Part shown: positions 27,308 to 41,332 of the stretch, in pieces
Numbering within the stretch: position 1 is the first letter of the stretch
Layout of the letters: every line of letters begins with the position of its first letter
Assembly: GCA_028023455.1 (NCBI GenBank)
Contig: JAQFVV010000009.1
Span: 12,276,001 to 12,340,000 of the forward strand
Direction of reading: 5' to 3'
DNA length: 64,000 bases
DNA from: Epiperipatus broadwayi
Lineage: Eukaryota > Animalia > Onychophora
Position numbers and translations under genes: made by a program
Notes under the pieces: model-generated
What the model was told of the DNA's origin: nothing
Database searches by the model: none
Seen by the model: the letters and a program-made list of their open reading frames with translations, nothing else

Positions 27308-27349
27308 TCCTCACTGACAAAGGCCACAAGCCAGAAACTAGTCTGGGGA
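27308..27349 (+). ncRNA. Hammerhead-like motif, degenerate core (CUGACAA)
   Basis: UCCUCA-CUGACAA-AGGCCACAAGCCA-GAAAC-UA-GUC-UGGGGA, with the same G8>A change as the other arm. Confidence 0.55.
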
Positions 27350-28965
27350 AATTGGATGAGTAGGCACTAGATGGGGATTTTATGCACAAGCCTTCTGGCA
27401 TCCTTTGATTACTCTAGTTGGTACAAGGTGGCACTACTGTATTGAGGGTTTTGCCTGTTTATTAATAACTTACCATCATAAGTTGTTAATAAGATAAATA
27501 TATCAATTACAAAATCTTTTGTTGTGATTTTTTTTATATCTACCATTATTTGAATCATAGCTTCAAAGCACAATATTTTATGGAATAAAAAGTATTAAAT
27601 GTAATATAATAGCTAGCTTCAAATTTTTACAATGAATTTTCTAAGTGGTGCTTTGATGCTCAGTGTCATAAGTTTCAATTTTTTATAATAATTTTTTATT
27701 GATTATATTACGTTTGTAAATATTTAAAACTTATTTAAATTTTTATCCATGTGATTTTTCCCCAAGAATTTGAATAATATAGTGGGAACTAGAATTCAAA
27801 CCCATAAATTATAGTGGTGTCCCATTGACTTCCAATGATTTATTTAGTGCTTTCTCATCCTACAATATAACTTTATTTCTATCTATTTTCACTAGTATTC
27901 AATCATACCTTAAACATGTATAGGTTAATTAATAGATATAATGAATGCCACTTTCCTATGAAAAGAATATTCTGGATGAGCAGCAATTCAGCCATCAAAA
28001 TTTTCTTTCAGTATTCCACTTAAAGGCCCAGCCTGTGAGCTTGTTTCTCTGGAAATGAGATGTATTATTACTTGTAATTAAATGAGATTGAAAGAGCATA
28101 GTAGAGATAAATTTTAATAATTTATGTGCATTAGCTTTATGGCTGATTATTAATATTACAGTTTATAAACATAGTGCTATATAAAATAAATATTTTAATT
28201 TATGTTTATTAAGAACTTAACACACAAACAAACTAATAAATTACATAAATCTAATACACTATTTACAAATAATATAACAATGTAAAACAAAAATATTAAA
28301 TATACTTATTATATCAATCTAGAAATATCATTAAGTGATATTAATAGACTAAAATGTGAATCTAATGAATTGTTTGTCTTAATAACATGAAATGGTAATT
28401 GTCATATAAGTTAATCAATTCATTTAGTTATTAACTGCTCAACATGAATTAAACAATATTATTAAATATCAAACACATATATAACTGACTAGCTGTCCCT
28501 GTAATATATCCCTGTAGTAGATAATTACCATAATGCAAAAATTAAAAAAAAGAAAAGAAAATGATATGATGTTCATCAAGATTAGTGCAATATTTTAAAC
28601 AACATATGAATTTTTAATTTTATATATTTATATATAATAGATAGATATAATAATATATAATAGATAGATATAATAATTCAAGGATAAGTAATAAATGCAT
28701 AATATTACTGAATTCTTTGTTTTAGAGTTTTAGTAATTTATCCTGATTGTTGACTAAATCTTAAAAAAAAAATATAATGTAGTTGAGAATTAAAATATAT
28801 TTAATATTTACTTGAAGTAGTATGAATTATCACCAGCAGTTCAAACTGACTATTGTAATGGATTTTTATAAACAATGTTATATGTCAAATAAAGTGCTTT
28901 TAATTTGAATAGTTTAAATTTTAACATTCTTTATGAAATAGATTAACTAAATTTTGTTTGTACCT

Positions 28966-29650
28966 TACCTGCATATTAAAATTTTTGAGTCATTTAAAAA
29001 CTTAATTTATCACATGAGAAATTATTTAAAATGATATCCTAAACGTTTATCAAATTCAGTAGTCTAAGTAATCATAAATGGCAATTCTTTTCCAGAGACT
29101 ATATATTTATGTAATATTTAGCTGAAAATGATTACAATTTTGACATTGTTATGTTGCAAATAATAATATATGACTTAACAACAGTATCACAAAAAACATA
29201 ACTTTTTACTATGAAATTTGAACATGGTGGTATTTTTTTTAAAGTTCCACTTGTGAAAAATTAAATATTATATGATCTAAATGAAATTTAATTAATTTAA
29301 AATATTTAATCAATAAAATTTTATCTCCACTTCTGTTTCTCTACCTGCATATTAAAATTTCCGAGCCATTTTAAAACTTACTTTATTATATGAGAAATCT
29401 ATGTAAAATTAAATCCTAGAAGCTGATCAATTTCAATACTCTTAACTGATTGATAAATGTCATTGTTGATCCTGCAGCTTATATATTTATGTAATATTTC
29501 CCTGCAAATGATTATGATTTCAACATATTTTTATATTGTAAATAATAATATACATTAGTTACTATCAGCAATATTGCAAAAATATAATTTTTTACTATGA
29601 AATTTTAACATGGTAGTATTTTTTTCATGCTTCACTTGCAAGTGAGGAAT
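28966..29650. repeat. Diverged tandem duplication, period ~376 bp
   Basis: tacctgcatattaaaattt at 28966 and 29342. The blocks tatatttatgtaatattt, ttttactatgaaattt..acatggt.gtattttttt and cacttg are repeated colinearly. Confidence 0.85.
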
Positions 29651-29689
29651 AAATATCTGATTGTGATGTGGTGCACTGTGGCTTCTCCT

Positions 29690-32600
29690 TTCTCGGAATC
29701 AGGAATCTCTCAGCCACTATATTCAGAGAAACCTCTTAACCACTTTTGTTTTCCATTCCCCACCCTACGTTTTTCCCATATTTTTCTCTATCCTGCTCCA
29801 TCCCACTTCCACAACATTATCTTTGTCCACTCTATGACCTTTATATCTCAATCCCCCTTATCTTTTTCCAAACTGGCATAAAAATCAAGAACCCACTTTC
29901 TGTATAATCACTTTTTTTATATTTATTCTCTCACTTCATTATTTGTACTCTTTCTGCTTATAAGCATTTACATTCAATTAACAGATGCTTCATATTTTTT
30001 ATGCCTTCCTTATATAAGTTGCAGACTAAATCACTCATATATTTCAATTTATGTGTATATTCTCTTGTTGCTAATGATCCTATTCAAGTCTTAAACAGTA
30101 AACTACTTTCCTTGCTATTGCCATGAATTAACTTGCACGTAGTATTCTATTTACTTCTATATGTATTTTAACTTTTTACTCTCAATACTATTTCTCTATC
30201 TCCAATTCCATATCTTTTATTAGTGCATCTATTCTTCTATCCTATTCCTTGCCACTATAACACTCAACAATTCTTCTAACATAATCATCCTATCTTTTGT
30301 ATAAGTATAGTGACAAAAAGTCTTTATCGAAATCTTTTGCATATCATACTACCTTTCTCACCCATCTTGTTGCCTGTCCTTTACTCACAACCCAATTAAA
30401 TACTATTTTGACTATTCTCTTATTATCCATAAATTGCAGTCTACCAAACATTTTCATTTTGCATCTCTCATACAAAAACTTGGTCATCCCATCTCTCCTT
30501 GAATTGCCTCCTTTCCCGTTCACACATCTGTGTCTAATGCATGTCTTCCTATTTCTCTTTGTAGTTTTTCTAATGAATCTAACACTCCTTTACTAACACA
30601 TAAAGCATTATTATCATAAGTTAACCCTGCTACTGCCACTTCCTTCCACCCAATTCTATTTATATCATGTTTATTATATGAAACACTTAATTTCTTTATC
30701 AACCTCTTTCTTTTCTTTGCTTCATTTATCAATTTTTTCTCACATTCTTTCAAGCAATTTCTGTGATTACTTAAGACGATTCCCAAATAGTTATACCTGT
30801 TCACTATATTTAATTTTATATCCCCCAATAAAAAAAATTTCTCCTCTCTTTCCCCAGCATTTATCATCATTACTTTTGATTTTACTTCTCTAAATTTAAA
30901 CCCCATCTCTTTACCCATCCTTGCGCATGTCTTCAGCATAACTTCCATATCTTCCCTACTTTCTTATCATCAGCAAATAAAAGACCTGATAATATATATA
31001 CTTCCTTGCCATCTATTAATTGTATTTCTACCCCTTTTCCTAGTCTTTCTATTGCTCTCTCCATTTCTCTCAAATATAACAAAAACAAAATAGGTGACGT
31101 AGGGCATCCTTGCCTTTCTCCCATCCCACTTATAAGTCTAATTGATATATATTTCCTAATTAATACATATAGTAATTATTTTCATACAATCTCTTAATAA
31201 TATCCACTAAAGCTCCATTCATTTCCAAATTTACTAAACTTACCCATAATCTATTTAGATTTACTCTATTACATGCCTTCTCTATATCTCTAAAGACTAT
31301 ATATAAATGCTACCTGTATTCCTACTCATAGTTGTGTGACTACAAATAAACTATCTCGTATATGCCTACCCAATTGAAAACCTCCTTGCATTTCTCCCAT
31401 TATTATTTTTCTTCCATCCATTTTGCAACCCTTCCAGCCACCATATATGCAAAAACTTTATATAACACTGACATTACTGCTATCATTCTATGATTGCTTA
31501 ACTTTCTATGATCCTTACCCTTTCCTTCAAATATTAGTCTTACTCTTGCATTATTCCAGCTATCTGGAAATTCTCTCTTCTGTGCCTTCTTATTAAAATA
31601 TGTTAATAGATTTAATTTTTTCCTATTTCCTAAATTTCATCACCATCTCTGCTGCCCATCCATCTAAACCTCTTGCCTTTCCATTTTTCAACTTCTGCCC
31701 TGCCTCATTCAATTCATTTTCTGTAAATTTAATATTTCTATTACTAAATGCTTTTATATTTATTATCACTCAGTATCTTTCACATCTAACATCTTTTCTA
31801 CATCGATTATGTACTTCTTTAGGATTGTCTCTAATTCTTTTCTAGAGCTACACTCTTTTTCCTCATCATTTAATAATACTATTTCTTTCTCACCTATATT
31901 CATTCTTTTAATATATTTTCAAAATTTTTTGCTCCCACCTCTTCCACTTTTATTAATATCCTCCAATAATTCTCTATTTAATTTCACTATATATAATTAT
32001 CTATTTTAGCTAGCTTTTTTTTTAAACTATTTTTTCCATTTAATATTAACATCTTTTTCATTTTCTTTGCTTTTAATCGCACATTTATATTCTCTGCATG
32101 GTTTTTCCTTTCTTTTGCTCTTTTACTAACTAACTTTTCTATTACTTTTATTCATCTGAATATTCTCACCTAAAACCCTATTTGCCACTTTTTACACTTC
32201 ACCACACCAGTCCTTATATTAATCTCCAAGAAACTCTTCCATGATTTTTTCTACTTTTATTTTATATTTTTCTAGTGGCCATATACACTATAGCCACTAT
32301 CCATTCTTGTCTTTCTAATCTTATCTCAAACCAAAAATGTTTTTGACACTTAACAGTATTTAAATATTTATTTGACATAACTCTTATACTACCACCCCTT
32401 TTTTTCTTTTCTATTTATACCTGCCATACCAAGTCTTCCAGTGTAGGTTCTTCTCTTAGATGTGTTTCTGCTAATATCCCAAGCTCTTCATTTTAAGTGC
32501 TTTGTTTAATTCCAGCCATCTTTTTAGTCTCCTACCATTTTGCATATTCATGTATCCAATTTTAATAATTATTTCTTTTCTTACTACTCTTTTATAAATT

Positions 32601-33620
32601 TTTAGATTCTTTCTTCTCTATTACATTTGTAATTAACTTGTTTATCATTAATTTTACAGACCAATTTCGTCTCCACATCTACATTTATATCTAAATCAGC
32701 TACCCTTTATTTATTTCTTACATCCAGTTCATTTTTCTTTTTGATAATACTGCAGTTTTAAACCCCACCCCAATTTATGTTTCCCAAATTATAACTTTTA
32801 TTATAAATCAAACTCTAAAACTTCACTTTCTTGTTTTGCTAAATGCAATTCATCTTTACTATATAACTCACTTTTACTAATAAAAAAAATCCCATACATC
32901 CACAAACATAACATCACTTCTCTCACACTAGTTTTTTTCAATCTCATTTACAGAACATGCCCTATCTAACATATACCTATTGTCAAACCTTGATAATAAT
33001 CCAACTATTTTTATTCTTCCTTTAGTCTTACTCAAATTACTAATCAATTCTATGTACTCATCCATTCCTGTTTCCGATGGCTCTGACAAATTATTTGCCC
33101 CTACCATAATATACACATCTCTACTCCCTTGTTTTTTTACCTTATTTGTAACATCCCTAATTCTAGCTCCAGGAAAACATATTCTTACATACTTGTTTCT
33201 ATTTTCCCTTGCAATTACATCTCCACTTCCTCTAATTAGCGAATCTCCTATCAATACTGTCTCATAGTTTACTTTCCCTACTTCATCAGTAACATTCTCT
33301 TCCACTTTCTGGACTTCCGTATCTAGTTCTTTCTCATCACATCTATTCATTAAATCCTTGATTTGCTCACACTTCATATCTAATGATTTTAATTTTACTT
33401 CTATATCCTTTATCTCTTCCTCTGTTTTGCTTATTCTTTGGCTAACTATCTCTGTTGCACTATTTATTTTCTCATTCACATCTCTTGTCACTCCACTAAA
33501 TACATACTCTATTCTATCTTCCTTAATTACATTTTCCTCCATTTCTCTGACTTTTTCTTTAAACTATCTGAACTTAGAAACCATTTTTTCATGCAAGCCA
33601 CAACATCAGTCAGTGCTACT
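29690..33620 (-). mobile_element. Decayed non-LTR retrotransposon with SGNH-esterase ORF1 (RTE-X/CR1/L2-group; clade not resolved)
   Basis: Minus strand. APE remnants ELGILAETHL and KKGGSI (~32400-32480). RT motifs KLKNGKARGLDG, WNNARVRLIFEGKGK, GEMQGGFQLGR, DIEKACNRV, GERQGCPTSPILFLLY, LLFADD, YNYLGIVL, WKEVAVAGLTY. Frameshifts and stops. Ends approximate. Confidence 0.88.
32928..33542 (-). pseudogene. LINE ORF1 remnant: coiled coil plus SGNH/GDSL-type esterase domain
   Basis: 204-aa ORF with a heptad-like E/K-rich N-terminus, then VLIGDSLIRG (block I), FPGARI (block II) and IMVGANN (block III). Appears truncated before the catalytic His block. Confidence 0.8.
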
Positions 33621-33628
33621 CTGTACAT

Positions 33629-34875
33629 CAGTGGTCTTCAACCTTTTCACACCTTCGGCCCGGCAAAAATAAGGATAAGATTTTGCGGACCGGCAGAAGT
33701 TTACAGATAAATTTTCATAAAGATGTAACCTGCTTAGCCTTAGATAAACATAATTGTTATAACTGACCAAAACAGCACATTAGTTATTGTGTATTGCAAT
33801 GGTGTTGCTTACCTTCACATGCTGAACACAGAAAACAGTACAATACCAATCGTTCTCAGTAATGTGCTTGCATTTCTATGTTTATTATTTCATTGTTAAA
33901 ACATTCAAGAATAAAATGTTATTCACCTGAATGTTGGGAAATATCATAGCTAGTGTAATTACATGGCAATGATTATGATAAATGTAATATCTGTATTTAA
34001 TGTTAAATATACAAGATGGTTATATATATATGGAGGTTGTCTTTTGATAGTAGTAAGGACAAAATATAAATTGCGTAATTAATCACTGTACGGTCAAAAA
34101 AAAAATTGCCATATTTTAAATCTGAAAAAATAAAACGAAACGTGTAAAAGTCTGAAGTTTTGATGTTATTGTAGTTTTTTTTTGTGTGTGTGCTGGTGTG
34201 TTGAAAGGATCAAAAAATTTAATTAATAGGAAAAGTTTTTTTAAAAAAATGGTAAAATAGATATCGCGTAATAGAAATAAAGCCAAAAAAAAAAAAAAAA
34301 CCGCAAAGTTATTTTTTGTTTGTTTTTATTTTTAAAAAAAGGTTAACAGAAATTGGTTTTAAAAATAAAAGTTTTAGTATATTAGCAGTATGCAAATAAA
34401 ACCAAAAAATATCGCCTTATAGGCCAAAAAAAAAGTGGGCGTATTTTTAAACAAAAAGAAAAAAGAAAACGAAACTTGAAAAAGTAAAAAGTTTTGATCT
34501 TGTTTTAACATATAAACAATGCCGACAAGCGACCGTGATTGGCTATCAAAAGACAACTAGAGTTTGTTTAATAAAAAACCTTTTTTTTTTTTTTAAATTT
34601 TGAATTTTTTTAGAAAAATAATAAATTTAATTCTATCTCTCCATAAACATCCGTGATAAATAGAAAAACAAATTAATTTATGTATGATTGATTAGATTTC
34701 GTTTTTGTTCTGTTTTTTATTTTTTAACAGGGTAAAAATGCGATGAAAAAATAAATAAAAACTGTTTATATTAATTAAAAGTTTAAAATCTTATTATTTT
34801 GTTATTACTAACTTTCTTGCCAGTCTAGCGCGACCCGGCAGAAAACTTCCGCGGCCCGGTGGTTGAAGACCACTG
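33629..34875. mobile_element. hAT non-autonomous element
   Basis: 15-bp perfect TIRs CAGTGGTCTTCAACC / GGTTGAAGACCACTG. 8-bp TSD ctgtacat / ctctacat. Repeated subterminal G(G/A)CC(C)GG motifs at both ends. AT-rich interior without ORF. Confidence 0.92.
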
Positions 34876-37800
34876 CTCTACATGCATTTTAATGATGTCA
34901 TTACAAAATGGTTTTTATTCTGACACATTTTAATATTGAAAATTACCAAAGTTTTTAAAACAATTAAGTATCATAAAACAAAAATTCATAGCCTAAAATT
35001 CTCCACAAAAAAAGAAAATCATGCCAGATATGTCAAGATTGATGCAATATTTATTGAGTTATAAATTAACAAAGAAAAAAAAACTTTCACATTTATATAT
35101 TGAAGTGGTCCAGTCAATCTGAGATTCAGAGTGCGCTTCACAGTCCTATCCAATCTCCTACCACCAAACCGAATTCAAATTCAGTCTTTGCACTAATGTA
35201 CACTCCTGTATAATTTAATTTGTTGTACTTCCTTTTCAAAATAACCCTGACTGAGATATTTAATGATCTATTAAATGAATATAAAAATATTTCATATAAT
35301 TTAAAGGCCATATATATGTGTAAAGAACATGCATATATAATAGGTGATGGGGGTTGCATATAAAATAATTATTGAATTCATATATGTTATATTATTATAG
35401 ATATTTAAAATTATATCTAAAATTTAATTTAAAATATGTATATTTTTTATATTTAATGGCGGTCACAGGATGATGCAATTGACTTGGAAGGTTCTAGAAA
35501 CATTCCAAATATTTAACTAAAACCCATTAGTATTATAAAATAATAAATGAATTATTAAATCAAGTCAATTTCTATTAACGAAAATTTATCATTTAGTAAA
35601 ATCTATTTCTAAGCTAGAAATAGATTTTGGAACAATCATTTAGAAACTTATCAACCCTATTGCATTGTTTTATACTACCTTCAGAACAAAAGGTGAATTC
35701 CTCATGTAAAAACCATCTGTAGCAGCATTATTCATTGCTCCATTCCTAAGATCATCAAGAATCATATAAAAAGGGCTGAAATTTAGTCAAAAGGATTCAA
35801 TATCTAAATTTGTGAAGCTTCGGCCAAATGAATTCATGTCACTCAAAATTTTAATATGTTAACTACAGAGTAGTAGGGAAAAATGCACCTTTTCCCAACT
35901 GTTCCTGAACCAGCTCCCACCAGCATGCTGCTCTACTATAAAATATCCATAAACTAATATGCTATGCCTTAAAGACTGACCTGGAAACCTGCTTACAAAC
36001 ATGATCGGAAGGACATTCCCACTTGAAATAAACCACGCCAAAATCTGGACTTCACAAAGATTGAAGGTAAATTCATTAAAATGCTATCCTCATATACTCT
36101 AACCTTTCTCTCCAATAACTCTTAAATATAGTTATGAAGATAATATTTAATATCTTATGAATTCTGTAATTTGTTGCTTTTCTTGTAAAATTATAAATCT
36201 CCTAAATAATATGTAATCCTTTTAATGTAAGACTGTATATCACTTTATAAATACTTTATATTAGCCTCATAATTTAATTTAAATTTAATTTGATTTTATG
36301 TCTAATATATATATATATTACAAATCCAAAATGATATGCCAATGAACTCTCACCCTCGCAAGCATAATTATTTTAGCTTAGCTCCTTGCTATTAAAGGGA
36401 AGTGCCAATTGATTAATTATTTTATTTTTACTTTAAAAACTACGGACACTTGCTAGGTTAGGAGAAGATTTCCAAATGTGTTTCTTTTCTTATTTCATTA
36501 TATATTTTGTGTAAACAACAGAGGGGGAGGGGGAATAAAGTTCTATCTTTAATTAGTTTACCAGTTACACCATTTCAATCTAATTATAAATTTACTAGCG
36601 CAATATTGATTTTAAAATAAATATGATATTAATTATATATTTCTTTATGTCTTTAATCCTCGCCCATATAAATTATATGTATATTTTGTTAAAACACACA
36701 TTAGGCTGTAAATGTATCTATATTAAACGTATGTGGACATTTCATTGAAGAATAAAATGAAAGGGGGGTAGAACGTTGACTTATGTTCAGTTTAAATATA
36801 ATTCTATAATGATGCTTTATAATCTATATTTAGCAATCCGATCATACCATCACATTTAATATTAATTTTTATAGATAATAAGTTAAACTGTAAATATTCG
36901 AATAATTATGGATTATCTTAAGCATTGCTAACATAGGTTTTATTTTTTGTAATTAAGCTTTGTCATAAGATGTGCATCGGAAAATCGGGCCATCATTTCT
37001 TCATTTTTAAGTCGTAATCAGGGCAATAAATGATCCTGGACCGTATCCTCATGCAATGAGAGCTCTGCATGGGATAATTCTGGAAAAACTGGCCATAGCA
37101 ACTTCGTCCGAGACCCTCAACTCCAAGAAGCCGATTCCATGAAAATGTGGGTCAGCATTCTCTTACTCAAAATGATAAAGCACTCAAACTCTTTTGATCG
37201 TATCTGTCATATTTGACCTTTATGTTAGCACCGCAATTCTCACTTTTATTATATTCCTATTTACAATCTCATGCCTATAAATATCTGTAATATACGATGT
37301 TATAATCCAGCTAAATTTAGTTCTTCATTAATTAATGTTCCTTTTAATATGTTGCTTATTGACTTTATATATTAATGCTTATAAATACTCCCACATATGT
37401 TATTCCATAAAACAAATCTTGAATTCGTATATTTCTCATATATAATAAATTAATGATCAACTTAAAAGATTATTTAGCCAACATATATGTAAATCAATCT
37501 AAACATGATTAAGGATGTGCTTCCATCTTGTATCAAGGGTGAATTATTAAAATTATCTGTTCTATAGTAGCGCTAGTATAAGTATTGATGTATCATTCAA
37601 CCACATCAAAACTAATATAATATAAACTTAAATGTAAATATCCGTGTCAAAGTGTTAACTAAGCACAGAATGACAATCTTGTAATATGAAGCTAATTCCT
37701 TAAGAAATAAATCTATGTATAAAGTTCCAATCTTATAATTATTTTATTATTAAATATTATATAAAATCAAATATCTCTTTATCATTGCATTTATTTATTG

Positions 37801-40800
37801 AATTTAGTTAAGCTGTTAATGTCATGATGTGGCTAAAGTCATTAAGATCCCGTTAATTATGAATATATATCGGTCTTTTCACCATATGTATAAATGCATT
37901 TATCATGATTTTTATAGAGTCTCTTTGTTTGTCTGCTATGCAATGCCAGCTGGAAATAATATAAAATAATCACACATCATCAGAGTTGATGCGCGTACGT
38001 TGTTAGATCTAGATACTGGGCATACAAGACAGAGTTCATGAGTGTTCCTGACATATCTCATGCATGATTGGACTCGAGGTACTTGTGCTTAGATTCTATA
38101 TCTGGTTGTATGGTCGCACCAACCGGTACAATGTTAATATAGAAGATGTAGATAAGATTTTCTAAGACTAAAGATATATCCCTAAATATCTTACCTCAGA
38201 CTTCTTTGTACTTTCAGTTATTAAAATATGATCAAACTACCTCTTTAAAAAAAAAAGTTTGGTTAAAATAACTGTCTTTTAATAATTTCAGTTTATATAC
38301 ATATATATGTTAAAGAATTTTTCTTTGTTATAGTTTTTCAGGCTATCATTTTAACTTTTTGATGGAAAAAAAATTGCAATTCTGTCACATTCATATTTTA
38401 ACAGTAGGTGTTTGACACAGAGATTACTGATTGATAGTATCTGTATGGGTGGTTTATTAATTCAAATCCTTAAGCAAAGGCTCTTTTTGGGCCACAATTT
38501 TCCAATAATGAAAAGCACTCCAGGTTTAAATGGGTATAGTTTAGGAAGTTAACCAGCCATGTATTTATTTTCTATAATACACTTTATATAAGAAACTAGT
38601 CGCATCATTTAAAAAGCAATTTCTGAATCTTGCAAATTGATAATAAATTTGCATCTTTTTTGTTGTTCTTGACTACCATTATAATTCCTGTCTATGTAAT
38701 TGATTAATTGTGCCCTGGTATATTCTAATAGTCACATTTCTTTTTCTCAGTGCCTTTTACTCTCAAAAAAAAAAAAATTTTAAATTAAGCTAGCCTTCCC
38801 TTATAACTTCCCACAACATAATGAAATATGCCTTTATCCACTAACCTCTAATTACAATGTTTTTTTTTTAAATTCTTTGTTTAGTTCCTTGTTTAATTAA
38901 GTTTTAATACAGTATTTCAAGTCTTTATTTGAAATAAGGTTTTTTTTTTTAAAAAAAAAAAAATAGTTATGTTAATTTAAAACCTTAATTAAAAAGATTA
39001 ACATCTGCATTTGGAATGCCAATTAATTTATATTTATTAATTTACATTAATTTACTAGCGCCAATTATTTTCTATTTCCAAAATCTTTGGATGAAAAACT
39101 ACAAAATACACATATAAATTCTCTCTGTTCTAATGAATTTAATTAATTCACATTCCTTACATGCATGCACACACGCACACAAAATTTGCTTTTTCTTGTG
39201 ATAAGAGAAGAAAAAAAATATTATTATGCCAACCAAATTTCTATTTTTACTAGATTTCCAATCTAAATATTGACTTCATCACATACAATCATTTGTGGAT
39301 AATCAAATACTTAGATTGTAATCTTATGCTTTTTCTCTTGTGGTTTAAATATTATTTGTTGTTGTTTTCCATGAAGCTGAACAATTTATAATGCAGAATG
39401 ATTGTATATATTCAGAGTTTAATTCAACCTTTATAATATGTGCTTTATTATATAAATTTTTACTATTCTAATGAATATTGTTATTAGTCACTGCTTTGTG
39501 TTGTGTCATTTGTTATCAGCATGACAGAACAATTTCTACAAATTTTACTTATTGAAAACGTAAATAATTTTTTAAATCATCTTACACAGTATTTTATTTT
39601 ATTTTTGAATAATAGTTGCTCCTAAGTGCATTTCTTCTTAAAGAGGTAGCTGGATTTTAATCAATAGTTTCAGATGATAATGACAAAGTAATCAACATAG
39701 TAATTTTTAATTATTATCCTAACTATGTAGAGATCATATTTTGGGAATAAACAGCTATTTTTTATCGATTACTCATGTTTGCATATCTTACTCCCAAAAT
39801 ACAGTCATGAGATAAACTTGCTGTCATATATAGATTAAACGTAAGCTGGAGTAGTCATTGGTTTGATTTATTTTGATATATTGCTTAGCAAAAATAAATC
39901 TTAATCTACACATTTAAGGGTACTTATGTATTTTTCTTTCGCTCTCTTGGCCAGGTGTTTTTTTTTTTTTTGGCTAATTATCCATTGTTAAGGGAGTCAT
40001 GTTTTAAACAATTCATCTTATGAAATATTTTGTTGAATTTTTTTTTTTAAGATGATTATAAAAACACAATAAATTACATAAAATTCTAAACAATTATAAT
40101 TAAATAAAATTTAATATAACTGTATCTAAACAAAATAAAAAACATGCTTTGAACATATTTTTGAGATTTCACTGCCATTATTTTCATTCGCACATAAAAT
40201 TTCATATCGTGCCCAATAGCACATCCTTTTCACGCAAGCACTATTCCTTAATTTTGAAAATACTTCACTATGTTATCTTCTGTCACTGGTACATTCCCAA
40301 ATTTTAATCATTTTTACAAAAAGTTACGAAAAGTAATTAATCAACAACTTGAACAATGCTATGGTAACATCAAAAAATCACCACAGCGTGTTAGTGGTTT
40401 GTATGATATATGTAAAAAAAAAAAATTCATTAAATGTGAATGCCATTTATAAAAAAAAAATAATTTTTTTAAAGTTAACATGAATTTATATTTGATTTCT
40501 TAATATTTTTAAATTTAACAAGGAACACATATTTGATAAAATAATTTTTGGTAAAAAAAAAAAAATACTTTGACATTTCTGAAAATGGATAATTAACCAA
40601 AAAATGTCCAGTGAAGAGAGCAAAAGAATGCTAAGTAAGTACCCATTTAAGACTGGATTAATTCCATGTTAAAAATATTCAAGTTATAATTTATTCACTC
40701 AAAAGAAGTAAATATTGTAAATCATTATAGTGTACAATAGCACTATTTCTAATGAAGTGAATGAAGCTGATGTTAAATGTTTTTGCTCAGGGTTATAAAT

Positions 40801-41059
40801 AAACAAGCTTAGATAAAGTTTTCAAAGCTTATTCTGAAGCAATATAAAAACAAAGAGAATTATTATGTACATAACTTCAGACTTTTTTTTTTTTTGTTTA
40901 TGATAATAAATCATCATAGGTAATCAAAACAAAAATTGTCATAAGATTAATCTTCTATTCACAAAAATTTAATTATTTTTAATAGATGTAATAATATGTT
41001 TTACTTTCACCTATTTTACTTATTTTTTATAAATTATAGTTCTGATTTTTGGTAAATAG

Positions 41060-41332
<273 letters not shown>

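Larger units (their letters stand above)
26760..27465. repeat. ~700-bp fold-back made of two inverted family-A copies (Penelope-like architecture)
   Basis: Arms ~26760-27077 and ~27149-27465 are reverse complements with scattered substitutions. ~70-nt spacer with a junction hairpin at ~27127-27157. Outer ends match. Confidence 0.92.

Noticed and set aside
29627-33710. Many + strand ORFs (30297, 30678, 31006, 31600, 31809, 32980, 33358, 33438) rich in F/L/S/I
   Set aside because: They are antisense shadows of the purine-rich minus-strand LINE, with no independent coding evidence.
35640-38160. GC-richer patches (35.7-36.1, 36.96-37.2, 37.93-38.15 kb) as p38 exon 1 or other exons
   Set aside because: The frames I translated on both strands gave no WEVP/GAYG or other recognisable motif and contained early stops.
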